Position numbers and translations under genes: made by a program. A stretch of DNA of 64,000 nucleotides from Camelus ferus (Eukaryota). The notes under the pieces are model-generated. The model was given only the letters and a program-made list of their open reading frames with translations. It was not told the origin of the DNA and made no database searches. The stretch is from the NCBI RefSeq assembly GCF_009834535.1, contig NC_045697.1, forward strand, positions 15,192,001-15,256,000. Reading direction: 5' to 3'. Every line of letters starts with the position of its first letter. Positions within the stretch are counted from its first letter, which is position 1. Positions 13,508 to 26,527 of the stretch are shown here, piece after piece.

Positions 13508-13893
13508 TATATATGCACCAGTGTTCCTCCACTGGCCAACTGGTATTAAATTCTCCATTATTCAGTGGTCCACTTAATGAGACAAACTTTCTGACTTTTC
13601 TAATCCTCATTATACACACAACAAGTTGCATCCATGAACTGCTGCTCACTGAAATAAACACTGGCTCCAGGGGTATCTTCAATCAAGGACAACGATGGCA
13701 GATTGGAGTCTTGGTTCAGCACTGTTTCTGTAACTAAGTTATCTGCATGCAGAACTTTACATAAAATTTAGGAATAAAACTGGAAGGATAAAACATTATA
13801 TTGCCCTGGAAGACAGGTTTAGATTGCATATGATTGTCCAGAATTTTTGGTAAAATAAAAATTGTAATTTAGTCACAATGAAAATTCTCCCAC
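13508..13893 (-). pseudogene. TRPM-like exon(s): pre-S1, S1 and S2, heavily frameshifted
   Basis: Acceptor aattctAG, donor A|GTAATG; fragments GEFS, KFWTII, NVLSFQFYS*ILCKVLHAD (cf. NVVSYLLFLLLFSRVLLVD), IRKVRKF. Several alternative alignments are possible, and there is also an internal acceptor at 13649-13650. Confidence 0.45.
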
Positions 13894-14997
13894 CTAGAAT
13901 TCTGGCACATATACAACACGGAGTAGAATGAATGGTAATCAGTGGTTTCAGAATCTCAGGTATAGTTTTGATGTTGTCGCGCCCCAGCATGGAACAGGAC
14001 TTGCCTTCATCACTCATCTTCCCCAGGTCATAAGACAGCTAAAATATGAGATGAATGGCTAGTCTTAAAAAATCTTTCAGGTCCATTTTAATGAAAATAT
14101 TCGAATTTTGGAATTCCCTCTCTAGTCTATTCTCTTTCATGTCTCTCTCATGAATATAGTTCCATTAGCTCTAAATCTGTAATTTCCGGGGTGGTTCTGC
14201 CCAAAATTTGGGGATGACCTGTCTTGCACTCTACCCTAGAAGAACAAAGGGACCACAAAAGCTCTGCCAGAATTTCTCAAGGGAAGAGCTACTCCCAAAA
14301 GAAACTAAGAGAATTCCTGACACAAAATGCTAGGCTTCAAAGCTCAAAGATTTTAAGAACTCTGTTTCCTCAATGAACCAATAGGTCCAGAATAAACCCT
14401 GGATATGGGTTCACCTAACAGAGTTTGAGCTATAAAGATGATAGGCCAATAGTTAGGCCCGTGTCTTCCCAAAAGAGAGGAAATCATAAACTCCATTATA
14501 CTTCAAACACCGAGCAACAAGAAATCCTTGAGTACAACACATTCAGAAAGTTATGATCATGGCAAACGGGGAAGGGAAGTGAAGATTCCTCCATCCTCCA
14601 ATATCAACTGTGGGCATTTAAATACATTTTTGTAGCCGCAACACATTCCATTCCCGTTTTGCTTTTGCCACATGAGGCAGGGCAGGGGAACAGGGACGAA
14701 GAAGTATTAGTGCCACTTCTATTAGTCAGAGAAGGATATTTATCACATGCCTAACCTTAGCCCTCTGGCTCAAAAATACGCAGACAAAAGTAACACAGAA
14801 TACAGAATAAGAGAATTGGGGATTCCTTTAATGAACAGCAACACATTTCAGATTTATAATACTTTAAAAACCTAAGTTCCAACATGCCATTTAATCCTGC
14901 ACAGATAAGCTGCCTCGGTCTCCGAAGTTAGAGAAAGATGGTTAAGAGTGAAACCCAGCACCTGATTACTGCGTGAATCGTCCTACCGATGACTCAC

Positions 14998-15029
14998 CAT
15001 GGGGTATGTCCGTGGTACTCCGTAAGGGA
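14998..15029 (-). pseudogene. TRPM-like 32-nt exon: pre-S1
   Basis: Acceptor ttccttcactattccatccAG, donor ATG|GTGAGT; joined to the next exon it gives PYGVP..(W)WGEFS (cf. QPGVQ..WYGEIS). Confidence 0.55.
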
Positions 15030-16519
15030 CTGGATGGAATAGTGAAGGAAACTTTTTTAGACTTTAATGAAACCACAGCTCATGTTTTAAAGAAAGCTTC
15101 TAAACGAATGAATGAGATGGATAAGACGATGCTCTCCAGGAGTTTTCAATAAAACCTTCCCTCTTGTGATCCTGCTTTAGGACTTGTGCAGTCACACCCA
15201 CAGCAAAACCCTGGAGAAGTGGGCAGGATTCACTGGGCCTTTGGCTCATGTGGGGATGGAAGCTACTTGACTAGAACACTAGATTCCAAAAGGAAAGCTG
15301 CAGGAAGAAGACCTAAAACGACCTTGGGGTCTGTTTTTCCCCTTTTCCTTCACCTAAGACTGAATAAAAGTAGTACATACGATGTGACCCAGGAGTCTGT
15401 GACATGGCCAGATAAGGATATGATAAGCACGATGCTTGGAGGAATTTTAAATAGGCACATTTAGAGATGTCCTGATATTGCTGTGGAATGTGTCTCAACT
15501 GACATAATCAAGGCCTCAGGGGGAGCCCCTGTCCTGGTTGTAAACGAGACAAAAAGGCAATTAATGGTGGCAACTGGTCAGAAATTCTTAATGTCCACAA
15601 ATGCTCTTAGTGTTTGATAAGAGTTATATCAACTTTTCAGTTAAGTAATCATGAATTAAATTAATCTTAAGCACTTGTAAGCGATGATATGCTGAATAAA
15701 ATGTACACTGTTTGGCTCAACAAAATAAATAGCCACATGCTATCTACCCCCCAAAATTGGTATATTCATAATGACAAAACTGGGGCCTTCTTGGTAGCTA
15801 TGCTTAGCATAGATGTTATGCAGCTTTAACAGATTCAAAATCATTCTTATTCCTTTGCCTTTTTCTAAGGAAAAAAAAGAATGCATCTATGCATCTAGTT
15901 CCAGAGAAAGAGAAATCGACTTTTAGATTACCCCACTCTCTTGTTTCTTAATTTTTCCCCTCAAGATGAGTAATGTTAACTGATCAGTCTTCTAAGAGTC
16001 CAGGAAAATAACCATTGTATCAATAATGAATACTGACTTTTTTTATAATACTCTCCCGAAAAAGATATAATGGTGGGAATTAAGAACAGATATCTGAAGT
16101 GATATCCCAGATACTGTAGAGAATGCAAAGAAATAATACAAGGTCCCTGTACTCAAGGGACTTATATCCGCTCAGAAAACAAGACAAATAATGAAAAATT
16201 AAACAACACTATAAGACAATATCACGAGCTACCAGCTGTCAACAGGTTAGACTTGGGATTAAATACCAAGATCCTGTAAGAGTTGTTTACATAAACACTG
16301 TACTTGGAGAAAATTCATCTCAGCCCACAAATACAAACTGCAAAAAAAAATTCAACTTCTTTATTTGCTTAAAATCAATACAAACCCAATTTTGTGCTAA
16401 CATCATATCTTGTGATGGAAAATTAACCACCAGATCATAGAAAGATCTCAGGCTCTTACGTAATGTTGAAGAACTGAGTACCTTCCACCCTTGCCCACTT
16501 GAGTAAGGCCCCTGGAGAA

Positions 16520-16702
16520 AAGCAGAAAGAGGAGGCAAACTCTCTCAAGTCTCTTCTTATAAAGTCACTGAGCCTATCATGAAGACTCCACCCTCAAGAC
16601 CTAATTACCTCCCAAAGGCCCCATCTCCAAATACCTTCACGTTGGAGGTTCGAGTTCCAACATACGAATTTTGGAGGGACACAAAGATTTTCAGCCCATA
16701 GC
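16520..16702 (-). mobile_element. MLT1/MST MaLR LTR fragment
   Basis: gacctaattacctcccaaaggccccatctccaaatacc...gaattttggagggacac...cagcccatagca. Confidence 0.75.
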
Positions 16703-18844
16703 ATCACCTAGAGAAACACTTTCAAGAAATCTGCCCAGCAGTCACAAACTGTGAAACTTAACACAAGTATAGCAATTCAAGGACACATATCCAGTTAAGT
16801 TCTCTTATGATTTGGCACCAATGATAACCAATAATAAATAAATAGAGAGTACTAAGGAGAGAAACAAGTAGACTAACACAAATATATAATTTTCGTTGCA
16901 TATGAAAACCCTTTAAAATAAATAAGAGCTACATTTCCAACATGTAAAAATTACCACTAGAGCATACGCATATGCTATAATGAATTAAATGCGGTAAAGT
17001 ATAATTCAAGGAGGGAATGCCCCCTTCAGACACTTAATTTATCCTTCACTTTATGAACAATCAATGCAGAGATGGAAATGCGCCCTGAAACACTTTCACG
17101 GATCACTTTTGCTGGTTTCTGTATAAAGGTAGAATCATTCACATCCTAGATCTGAGTCACCATTGAATGAAATATAATACTAAAAATAATTTCCAAATGT
17201 ATTGAGCGCCTCTCATATGCCAGACCTAGTGCTATATGCTTTATACACATTTCACATAATAGCCAGAAAATTCTTCTCCGTCAGTATATTTATTTCATCT
17301 TTACAGGTGAGAAAAGCAAGGCTCAGAGAAAATAAGCCAGGTTTTCAAGGGAATCATAGATTTATAATTCACATCTTCCTACTCTAACCTTTTCCAGTCT
17401 AAGACTCTATGAAATGCCATGGATCCTTAATCTAAAGGATACTTAAGCAGAAATCTAACCAAAAAGTTTAGTAAAATCTAATATATTCTCCAGGCATTAA
17501 CGGAGCTGACTGAAACCGAAGAAGAGCAAAAGAATAAAGAGGGGCCTTTTCAGGTTGATGTAGCTCCAAGGAGAGGTGGAAACTGAGGCACCATTTATCT
17601 AAACTTCATAAATCCTATCACCACCTTCAAACTAAGAGCACATGTAATGTCTCCTCCAGGCATATGCTGCCCTTAGTGACTGCCTCAATGTTCAGTCCCA
17701 CAGGATACAATGTTCTGCCCCAGCAAACTATTAAATATCCAGAGACTCTTAAAATTGACATGGAACTTGTTTCCATAAAACTAGGGAGTGAATTCCAGCT
17801 CTACCAAAGTGACTTGTGCAAACTTTGGCCGTCATGTAGTCTTTCTTAAATCCATTTTTCACTAACTCTATAGAGTTTCAGGGAGTCGGATAATATAAGC
17901 AAATGTACTAGGTAAACTATAAAGCATTATACAAATTATACATGTGATTAATTCACTTAATCATTCATAAGAAACCCTATAGTCACAGTGTACAATGGGT
18001 TAAGAGTGTAGAGTCTAGAACCATCTGCTAATTGACTCTAGTCTCAAGCACTAACTAGCTATATGATCTTGGGAAAGTTGTTTTATGTATTGATGCCTCA
18101 ATCTCCTTATCTGTAAAAATGGAGAGAGTAAAGGATTTTTGAGAATAAAACATGCAATGTTAAGTGATGATAAAAATGTAAAATGGGGAAAACAATAAGG
18201 CTAGTTGTCAGGAATAAATATGTTAACAAACGTAAAACCCTTTGTAATGGTATAAACTGACACGTCACTGTTACTGAAATCATTGCCACTACCAGCACCA
18301 TCATCACCAGTGCCATCGTCAGTAAACATCAGGAAAGCTCTAACAGTTCTTTAAGTGATAGAACATTCAGAGCTTTCAAATATGGTTAAAACAAACACAC
18401 AAACAAACAAACACCTGACGGCTAGCCTTAACAAACATAGCTCAATCATTTTCTGAGGATACGTAGACAGACAGCTACAAGTATGCTACAGTATGCATTG
18501 AGATAGAAAAAACGGCTATTTTATCGTTTTCATCATTTGATAAAAGCTGGCTGCAAGTGATGTTTATAAAGCTAGTCTCCATCCTCATGAAAGTGCTGCT
18601 TATGAAAATATTATTTTAAATGAAATTTAACTGAAAAACAAGAGTTCATGAAGTCTCTTATTCAGATCTCTCCAAACCAACACACTATCTTCCCTCCATT
18701 AAAGAGCGTTAGGCCATCTGTCCCATCTAGGCTACCAGCTGGTATGGTCTCCAGAAATACCTCCTCAATTGTAGGTACTAATTAGGTTTTTCCATAAGAA
18801 CAAATTGTAGATTAGCTGTATTTACAAATAAAAAATTTTAAATC

Positions 18845-19375
18845 CATTTCTTTCATCAGTGTCTTATAGTTTACAGAGTACTGGTCTTTTGTCTCCCTGA
18901 GTAGGCTTATTCTTTTTGATGAGATGGTAAATGGGATCGCTTCCTTAATTTCTCTGACAATTCACTGTTAGTGTATAGAAATGCAACAGGTTTCTGTATA
19001 TTAACTTTGCATCCTATAACTTCACCAAATTCATTACTGTGCTCTAGGAGTTTTCTGGTGGCGTCCTTAGGATTTCCTATGTATAGTATCATGTCATCTG
19101 CAAACAGTGGCAGTCTTACTTCTTCCTTTCCAATTTGGATTCCTTTTGTTTCTTTTTCTTCTCTGATTTCTGTGCCTAGGACTTTCAAAACTATGTTAAA
19201 TAAAAGTGGTGTGAGTGGGCATCCTTGTCTTAGAGGGAATGCTTCAGCTTCCCATCATTGAGTGTGATGTTAGCTGTGGGTTTGCCATATATGGTCTCTA
19301 TTATGTTAAGGTATGTTCCCCCCATGCTCCTTTCTGGAGAGTTTTTGTCATAAATGAACACTGAATTTTATCAAA
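18845..19375 (-). mobile_element. LINE-1 ORF2 reverse transcriptase fragment
   Basis: [35 protein letters not shown], including the L1 RT FADD motif. Confidence 0.92.
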
Positions 19376-20204
19376 AGTTCTTTCTGCTTAAATACAGTTT
19401 TGTCTTTGTAGCAGGTGACTTGATTTCATTAATGAAGAAGACTCTCACAGGCAGGTCCTTTGGGAGGCTGAAATGTTCCTACTATCAAAGCTATTGCTGG
19501 TGGGAACAATGTGACACTTTTGTGCTCATCCATAATCAAATATAAAATTATGATGTCATTTAGGAGTGCTTGTAACAGAAACCAATTGTGGGTTCAGAAG
19601 AAGTTAACAATGAAATCACCATTTGGACGGACACTACAAAAATGAACTGTAACACAGTGTGTATGAAGATGTTACACAAAGCACCAACCATGCAGTTAAT
19701 TATTTCTAGCTAGTAGCGACCACAGCTCTGAACATCCAGAGACATTTGATTAAACTTTAGTAACTCAACAGTTAAGCTATAATATAATTCATCTTTGAAA
19801 GGGAACAGTCAAAAAGAAGAGGAGGCAAATAAGAAACCAAAAAGGTGACAGACCCACTCTCCCCCCCAGATAAAATGTCTATCGAAAGGCTTAGGCTGAA
19901 GAGAAGTCATCAGAGCCAAGTCAAAGAGCTCTCAACTTCCAGGGGTCCTTAAGAGTACGCTGATCACATCTCCTCCATGACACGCCCTCCTACCCTGTCT
20001 TCCAGTACACATCCCTTCTTCGTTCTCTCCTTGACCTCAGCCTGGGAAGTCCATTACTATTTTCTCATCCTGCTGCCACCCTCTCTATGTAGAGTTTCTC
20101 ATGAGGAACCCATCTGCCTGCCTGCTCTATGCATATCCTATCCCTTTAATTATTACCTGATCTCCAAGCTTCCATCAGGAGCACCTTGTGCTCGATTCTC
20201 AGAT

Positions 20205-20425
20205 TTCCTGAGTTCAAATCTTGGCTTTGTCAGTACCACTTGACCTAGGGAAATGTGTTTGACCTTGTCAGCCCAGTTTCCTTATCTGTAGATTGAAGAT
20301 AATAATAATTGAGATTAAATGATGGCATTTAAACTTAGAAAGCTATTGAGAGAAGTAATTAATTGATACATGTAAAGCTCCCAGAAAAATGTCTCATAGT
20401 AAGCACTTGATAGACACTAGCTGCT
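20205..20425 (+). mobile_element. MIR SINE
   Basis: cctgagttcaaatcttggct...cagtttccttatctgta...gtaagcacttga. Confidence 0.65.
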
Positions 20426-20463
<38 letters not shown>

Positions 20464-20474
20464 TATCATTATTA
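20426..20474. repeat. (CAT)n microsatellite
   Basis: Seen directly in the sequence. Confidence 0.95.
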
Positions 20475-20829
20475 TTTCCATGTCTTTAATGTTGACTCTT
20501 TTTTTCTCCTTTCCTCTTGGTTCCTTTGCTCTTAATGACCTTCATTCCAACTTCGTATGTTAACAACCTTGCCCATCCTTCAAAGCCTAGGACCACTGCT
20601 ATCCCTTCCACCATTGCTCCTTAGTTTCTCACCAAAAAGCATCAATCCCTCTTCTGAAACCCAAAATTCTCATGTGCTTCTCACTTTCTGTCTTATATTC
20701 TAGATACATGTACATCTTTGTATTTGTAAGTCTGTGCATCCTTGGAGAGTAGATTCTGTGTATTTCTCACTGGCCTGCCCCAACTGAGAACCCATACTAA
20801 GTACATAATGGATTTGAGTTGTTCACATG

Positions 20830-21005
20830 AAGCTTTTGAATTTTAAATTAATTAAAATTAAATAAAATTATTAATTCAATTCTTCAGTCTCTTTCACCAA
20901 ATTTTATATATTCAATAAGCCACATGTGAGAACCAGTTCCTGGACTGAACAGGACAGATACAGAACATTTCCATCATCACAGAAACTTCTACTGGACACT
21001 GTTGC
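20830..21005. mobile_element. MER3/MER33-like hAT DNA transposon fragment
   Basis: agccacatgtg...agaacatttccatcatcacagaaacttctactggacactg. Confidence 0.65.
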
Positions 21006-21408
21006 AATAGACAGTACTTAAATAAATAAATGTTTTATGATCTCTAGAGCCCTTCTGGATTTTAGAATTATTATTCTCTCAAAAACACTATCTCACCATA
21101 AGTTTTTACCAAACAAATGCTCAAAGCAAAAGCAAGATTTACATCATCAAGATAATTTATCCTATAGGACCAGTGAAAACATCATTTCTAGTTAAGTAGG
21201 AATGAGGACAGAACTAGTGTCTTACTGCAGCTAGCCAAACGGGCATTCCAGCATGCAAAAGACAACTTCCTCTTTCAGAATGATGGGAAACCCACCTACT
21301 CACTGGTTCTAGAATGACTAGTCTTTCATACCAAAGCTAATCATAAAAAATGAATGCCCAGATTTCTAAAATGCTTCATAAAGTTTTAAGTAAAGATTTT
21401 CCAGGAAA

Positions 21409-21548
21409 AGGTGGGGGGGATGTATAGCTCAAAACATACAGCACATGCTTAGCGTGCACAAGGTCCTGGGTTCAATCCCCCATACTTCCTCTAAAAATAA
21501 ATAAATAAAATGAATAAATTACCTCCCCCACCAGAAAAAAGGATAAAG
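21409..21548 (+). mobile_element. tRNA-derived SINE, camelid Vic-1-like, with a 17-bp TSD
   Basis: gtatagctca..gcatgcttagcgtgcacaaggtcctgggttcaatcccc; perfect direct repeat aaagattttccaggaaa at 21392-21408 and 21549-21565. Confidence 0.85.
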
Positions 21549-23294
21549 AAAGATTTTCCAGGAAATAAAAGGGAACTGTACAGCTTAATTTCCACTAAAA
21601 TTGGCGAGGCTAAAATCTTGCAATAGCTCACTACGGCACTTAGAATAAAATCCAAGCCTCTCTGAAAGCTACTTTTCTCTTAAGTCTTATCTGCCAGCGC
21701 TCATTCCATTGATTGCTGGCCTTCTTTCAGCTCATGGAAATAGGCAGACCCCCCTCTCCCACCAGTTTACAGCACACTGCACAGCACACTCTGCAAGGCA
21801 GATTTCTTGTCCTTACTTTCATATTCACTTCCTCAGAGCTGTCTTACATGACCAGTCAATGCGAAACCATTCCTTCTTTTATTCTTCCTTACAGTGCCTC
21901 GTTATTCCCTTTCATTTATAATTTGATATTTATTTGTTGACATGTATGTCTCCTGCAACAGACATTAAGTTTGCTGAAGGCCAGTACCATATTGCTTTAT
22001 TTCCCACTATTTATCCAACATCGTATTGTGGCAGCTGGATAAATATTTATTAAATAGAGGAAAGAAACAGAACCTCAGATGCCTACATGGCTGTGTTGGA
22101 GGAAACTATGTAATTATTTTTATTTTAAAGAAAGGAATTTTAAACTAACTTATTTTTGTGACAGCCTTTACATGTGTGTGTAGGGGGTGCTATGGAGCGA
22201 GTCAGAGGGAGAGAGGTTTAATTTTCAAAATAACACATAAAAGTATAGAATCATTCATTTAAACTTCTAAAGTCTGAGAGAAGTTCACATACTTTTACAA
22301 AGAAAATTTTAAGTTACTCATTTTTGATGTGCAATATGAGATTTGGTCACTTTTAGGGACACTGTGAACTAGCATTTAATCTTCAGTGCTCATTATATTT
22401 AGTGGCTTACAATCCTGGAGCAGTGCCCAGATGGAGAGTGGCAAGATATTTAAGACTGATATAGCTAACTAAATGCCCTTGAATAATAAAAAAAAAAAAA
22501 AAGAGGCTTCCCATTAAAAGTAATTAATTGTTTCACTGCATTAGTTGGAATGGATTAGAAAGTTGAAAAAATAAATAAAGAAGGCAGAAACACTAAGAAA
22601 ATATGAGATGATCATAAAAAATTAGATACCCTTTGGATTAACTTTTTTTCTCTTCTCTTATATAGCTCACATCAAATGTCAAGGAATAAGTCATATACAG
22701 TACAAGAAATCACTCTAAATGACACTAAATTATGAGATATGTGTACATACATACGCACACACAGACACACACACGCACCGAACACTGTAACCGTGATTTC
22801 CTACGTATGTTAACCCACATGCAAAACTGATTTATCTACAGCCAGAAACATTTTTGAGAATGAGGCAACTGAATCTGTACAAATTTGGAAAAGCATTTAG
22901 GCCATATAAAACTATCAGAATTATGGGCACTGAATTCAGCTGATCAAGAAAAACAAATCACTACCAGAGTGATAACTAATTCTGCTATCTTTCTCTTTCA
23001 ATTTAATTCAGAAAGTCAAGTTCCAATCTTAGTCTAATGTAATTTTAGAACTGGAATGGACTTTAGAAAAGTTCAGATGCTTTGTTTATTTTGTTGTGGG
23101 GATAACTTCACATTTGCATCATAATTGGATTTCTCTAAGTTTACTGACATTTCAGTTGGTTTCAATGATCATTAAAGGTTTTCTTTTCTTTAATCTAAAT
23201 TTGGGTCATGCTCACAGGGCTGCTCAAATGCAAATAAACCTATCAGAAAACAGCTGATTTCCACAGTATAGGGCCATGCTAGATGGAGACTCAC

Positions 23295-23381
23295 CAGCTG
23301 CAAAATCCCTGTTACTGTTAACTGAATGTCACTGATAACTGAACATTATTATCACTGATATGTGACCATCAGGCACATCCA
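23295..23381 (-). pseudogene. TRPM-like exon: pre-S1 (W..CLQLAV..RDF motif)
   Basis: Very strong splice sites (tgtgtcttttctcacAG / CTG|GTGAGT); frames give WSHIS..VQLSV and NRDFAA (cf. [20 protein letters not shown]); in-frame stop. Confidence 0.6.
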
Positions 23382-23594
23382 CTGTGAGAAAAGACACAGA
23401 AACAGATTTTCATCTGTGTTATGTAATTCATTCTAAGGACCATGTTAACATTTAAGAGAAAACAGTCTTCGTTTATGACTTTTAATCATAAAATGCAGGT
23501 GTCGGTGTTAGCCATTGTTCATTTGGGAAAACTTGCTATTCTTTCTTTGTAGCATGGTTAGAGGCCACGATTTATTATTCAGGTGTTCAGATAC

Positions 23595-23643
23595 CTGTGG
23601 ATAACCTGGCCTTTTGGCAGTAGTCCTGTGTGTCTTGGCAAAC
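23595..23643 (-). pseudogene. TRPM-like exon
   Basis: Acceptor ctcttgcttcacAG, donor CAG|GTATCT; VCQDTQDYCQKARLST; phases 0 to 1 fit both neighbours. Confidence 0.5.
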
Positions 23644-25717
23644 CTGTGAAGCAAGAGTTTCAAGTCAATGTTGTTGAAGCTCTAATGTTGCAATGTTGCA
23701 AAAGCTCTAATCTCTGACATCAGTAAGACAGCAGCATCCCCCTGAAGGTATCACTGAGGCCTGAATAATTTCCATGAACTACACTTTTAAGGTCACTGAA
23801 TTTTTCACGGGATAACATTAAAAATAACATAATTCCTTGGGGAAAAAGAAGTCAAAGGGACTCCATTTTAAAAGAAAGAAAACCATTAAAAAAATTTACC
23901 TACCATTTAAATTGTTCAGGAAACTTTTGAAACTTTAAATAGCAATTAATGGAACTTCATTTTACATAGGATTTTGAAAATTTTTCAGAGAAATTAAAAA
24001 ACATGAGAATAAACATTATGAAAATGTTTTAATGTTCTGAATAAACTCTTACATGTAGAGTGGCACATGCGGTGATGTAAATGGAAATGTCTTCATTTCA
24101 GAATTTCTTGTTAGTCATCACAGCCTCACTACTACCTACCACGTAATAGGTTTTTAACAAAGAGGTAGATGAATGAATAAATGAATGAATGAGTAAATAA
24201 GTACTTGAAGTCTTAGCAGTTACATTGCTTTATATTATAAATAAACTTATTCAAAAACATTTAAGTGTAAAATTTTAAATCTTACTTATTAAACATCTTT
24301 TAAAAAAATATCACAATGAGAGAATTTTACTTAAAAAAGGAAGATCAACATTTCTTACTTGGACTTTGAATTACTTCCTAACTAACAAATAAGAAATGTG
24401 CTTAATAATGACTTTCTTCATTCGCATCTTAACATGATTTTCCTGGAAGGAAGCACATTGGCCATATGTATATAAAAATTAAAAATGCAGCTCTGAGGCT
24501 GTTTAGAAGATAAAACACCAGGGAGAAAGAAAGAGATCCCCCACTTATTCTGGAAGCAAAAATTTACAATCAGGGAAATAAAGTAGACACTGACTTGACA
24601 TCCAGATTATGAAAGAATTCATCAGGATTTCTACCTGGCATCCAAGCATATGAGTCATCAAGGGACATATGACAGACTGATATTATCTTCACAGGACATA
24701 AGCTAGAACAAATAATATTTCAATTTTTCTTAACGCTTTTAGAAAATGAAATGGCAAACAGCATACTGAGAATTTTTATTAGATGATAATAAAACTGTTT
24801 AATTAGCCAGTCTCCCGAGGCAGAACCTTTCTCCAGAAGTCTTCTTGTGATTTTCTACAGGAAGGTGGAAGGAAGAGAGCTGCTTCCCCCTGGGAGTTTA
24901 TTAAGCATAAATCCAGAGTCTCAACTCGATAACCAAACAAGCAGATATAGACACAAGGGGCTAAACTCAACGTACTATATCCCAGACACTTTGATAACAT
25001 TATTCAAAAACACGTGTTTTTATACATAAATTTGTCTCTTGGTATTTTCTAACCATACATACATCTAGTGGTTTGCTCTGTGGTAAAACTGTTAGTTCTC
25101 ATGGTGTTGGATTAAAAAGTGGTAGATTATCTGCCTAGCATATGGTTCGCCTCTATTTAAGTAGATGTAAGTCAAATTTACAAGGTAAATATAAAATTAC
25201 TACCAAAACAAAGTGTTCTATTAAAATATTTCTCCAATTACTGTCACATCAATAATATAATTGGTGAAAGAGTTAGAACTTAAATATAATTTTTCTTAAT
25301 TTATTATTGAGAAATAGCACATATGTCACTTGGAAAAAATATCTAATTTGCTACTTCACTATTTCAGCTACTCCCTTTTCTTAAATCCACAATGTTCAAA
25401 ATCAATAAGAAAGAACTTTTTTAGACAAATGCTCCATGTAAGAGTTGACTTCACAGAAGGTTTGTTATCAATTATAACAACACATTGCACATCTATAATA
25501 TATTTTCAAATTATTTAAGTTTATTTACATGAAAGAAAATTATCACAAGGGCAAACACAAATTTAACCTACCGGAGCTTAACTTGAGTTTAGTTAGAGGT
25601 TAAAGAAAACCATGTATTATGTGATTCAGTTTTTTTCAGATAAAATATGAATTTCAAAGAAATGCAAGCTTTCAACAGATTGCCTCGTACGTCTTGTCCA
25701 GACATTGGCAAGCTTAC

Positions 25718-25776
25718 TATTTCTAGTCTGTCTTCAGAAAAATGCAGTCCTTCTATATCTCCTACATCACAATATA
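25718..25776 (-). pseudogene. TRPM-like exon: MHR4 copy C
   Basis: Acceptor tttttaactttccAG, donor ATA|GTAAGC; YCDVGDIEGLHFSEDRLEI (cf. SRDFGQLAVEL). Confidence 0.55.
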
Positions 25777-26061
25777 CTGGAAAGTTAAAAAACTGAGAGT
25801 GATTTGTGGGTCTCACCCTATGTACGCTGAATCAGAACAGGATAGGGAAAGAATGCTGGCATTTGGATATCCATGGGTATATGTTTCTTACACTTATCCA
25901 CACTGAAAAGTACTATTTCAGGAATTCAGATTAAAAAGTTATAAAAACATTCAGTGATTAAACTTTGAAATTTCTTTGCTCTGTGATATTTTTATTTTAA
26001 AAGATGATTTGAAGGAACTCTTCCTAGTAAATCACACGCGCACACACACACACACACACAA

Positions 26062-26527
26062 ATCACCAATTCCTTCCATTCCTAGAGGTACACCCCTCTA
26101 CAGCGTGACTTTGCAGCTCCTTCCAGGAAAGGGTGGAATGTAATTCTCTACCTCTTGGTATCAGGTCTTCACTGCAGCAAACATGACAGAAGCAGAGACT
26201 TGATAAGTGCTTGTACAGTGGAGCTTGACCCATCTTGCTACTACTGTGTAAAGAAGCCTGGGTTAGCCTGCTAGGTACTACAGACACAAGACGCAGCTGC
26301 TTCCTTCACTGCAGTCACCAGCCAGCAGTGTGAAGGAGGCCATCGGGTACCAACCTGCCCCTAGCTGACTGCACTGGTAAAAGTGAGGTCAGGAGACTCC
26401 TGGAGAATTGCCCCACCGGGCCCTGCCCAAATGGCCAACCCATAGTTTTGCAAGTAAATAAATGACTGTTGTGTTCAGCCACTAATATTGTGGGTGGTTT
26501 ATTACACAGCAAAAGCTAACTAATCTA
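26062..26527 (+). mobile_element. MLT1 (G/H-like) MaLR LTR
   Basis: gtgactttgcagctcct...aataaatgactgttgtgttcagccacta...acacagcaaaagctaactaa. Confidence 0.7.

Noticed and set aside
18415..18500. LCLLRLAV resembling TCLKLAV
   Set aside because: Poor splice sites, and the motif is better explained by the 23295-23381 exon.
21226..21271. Possible extra pre-S1 exon (EEVVFCML..VWL)
   Set aside because: Weak acceptor, needs a frameshift, and the 23295 and 15029 exons already join in phase without it.
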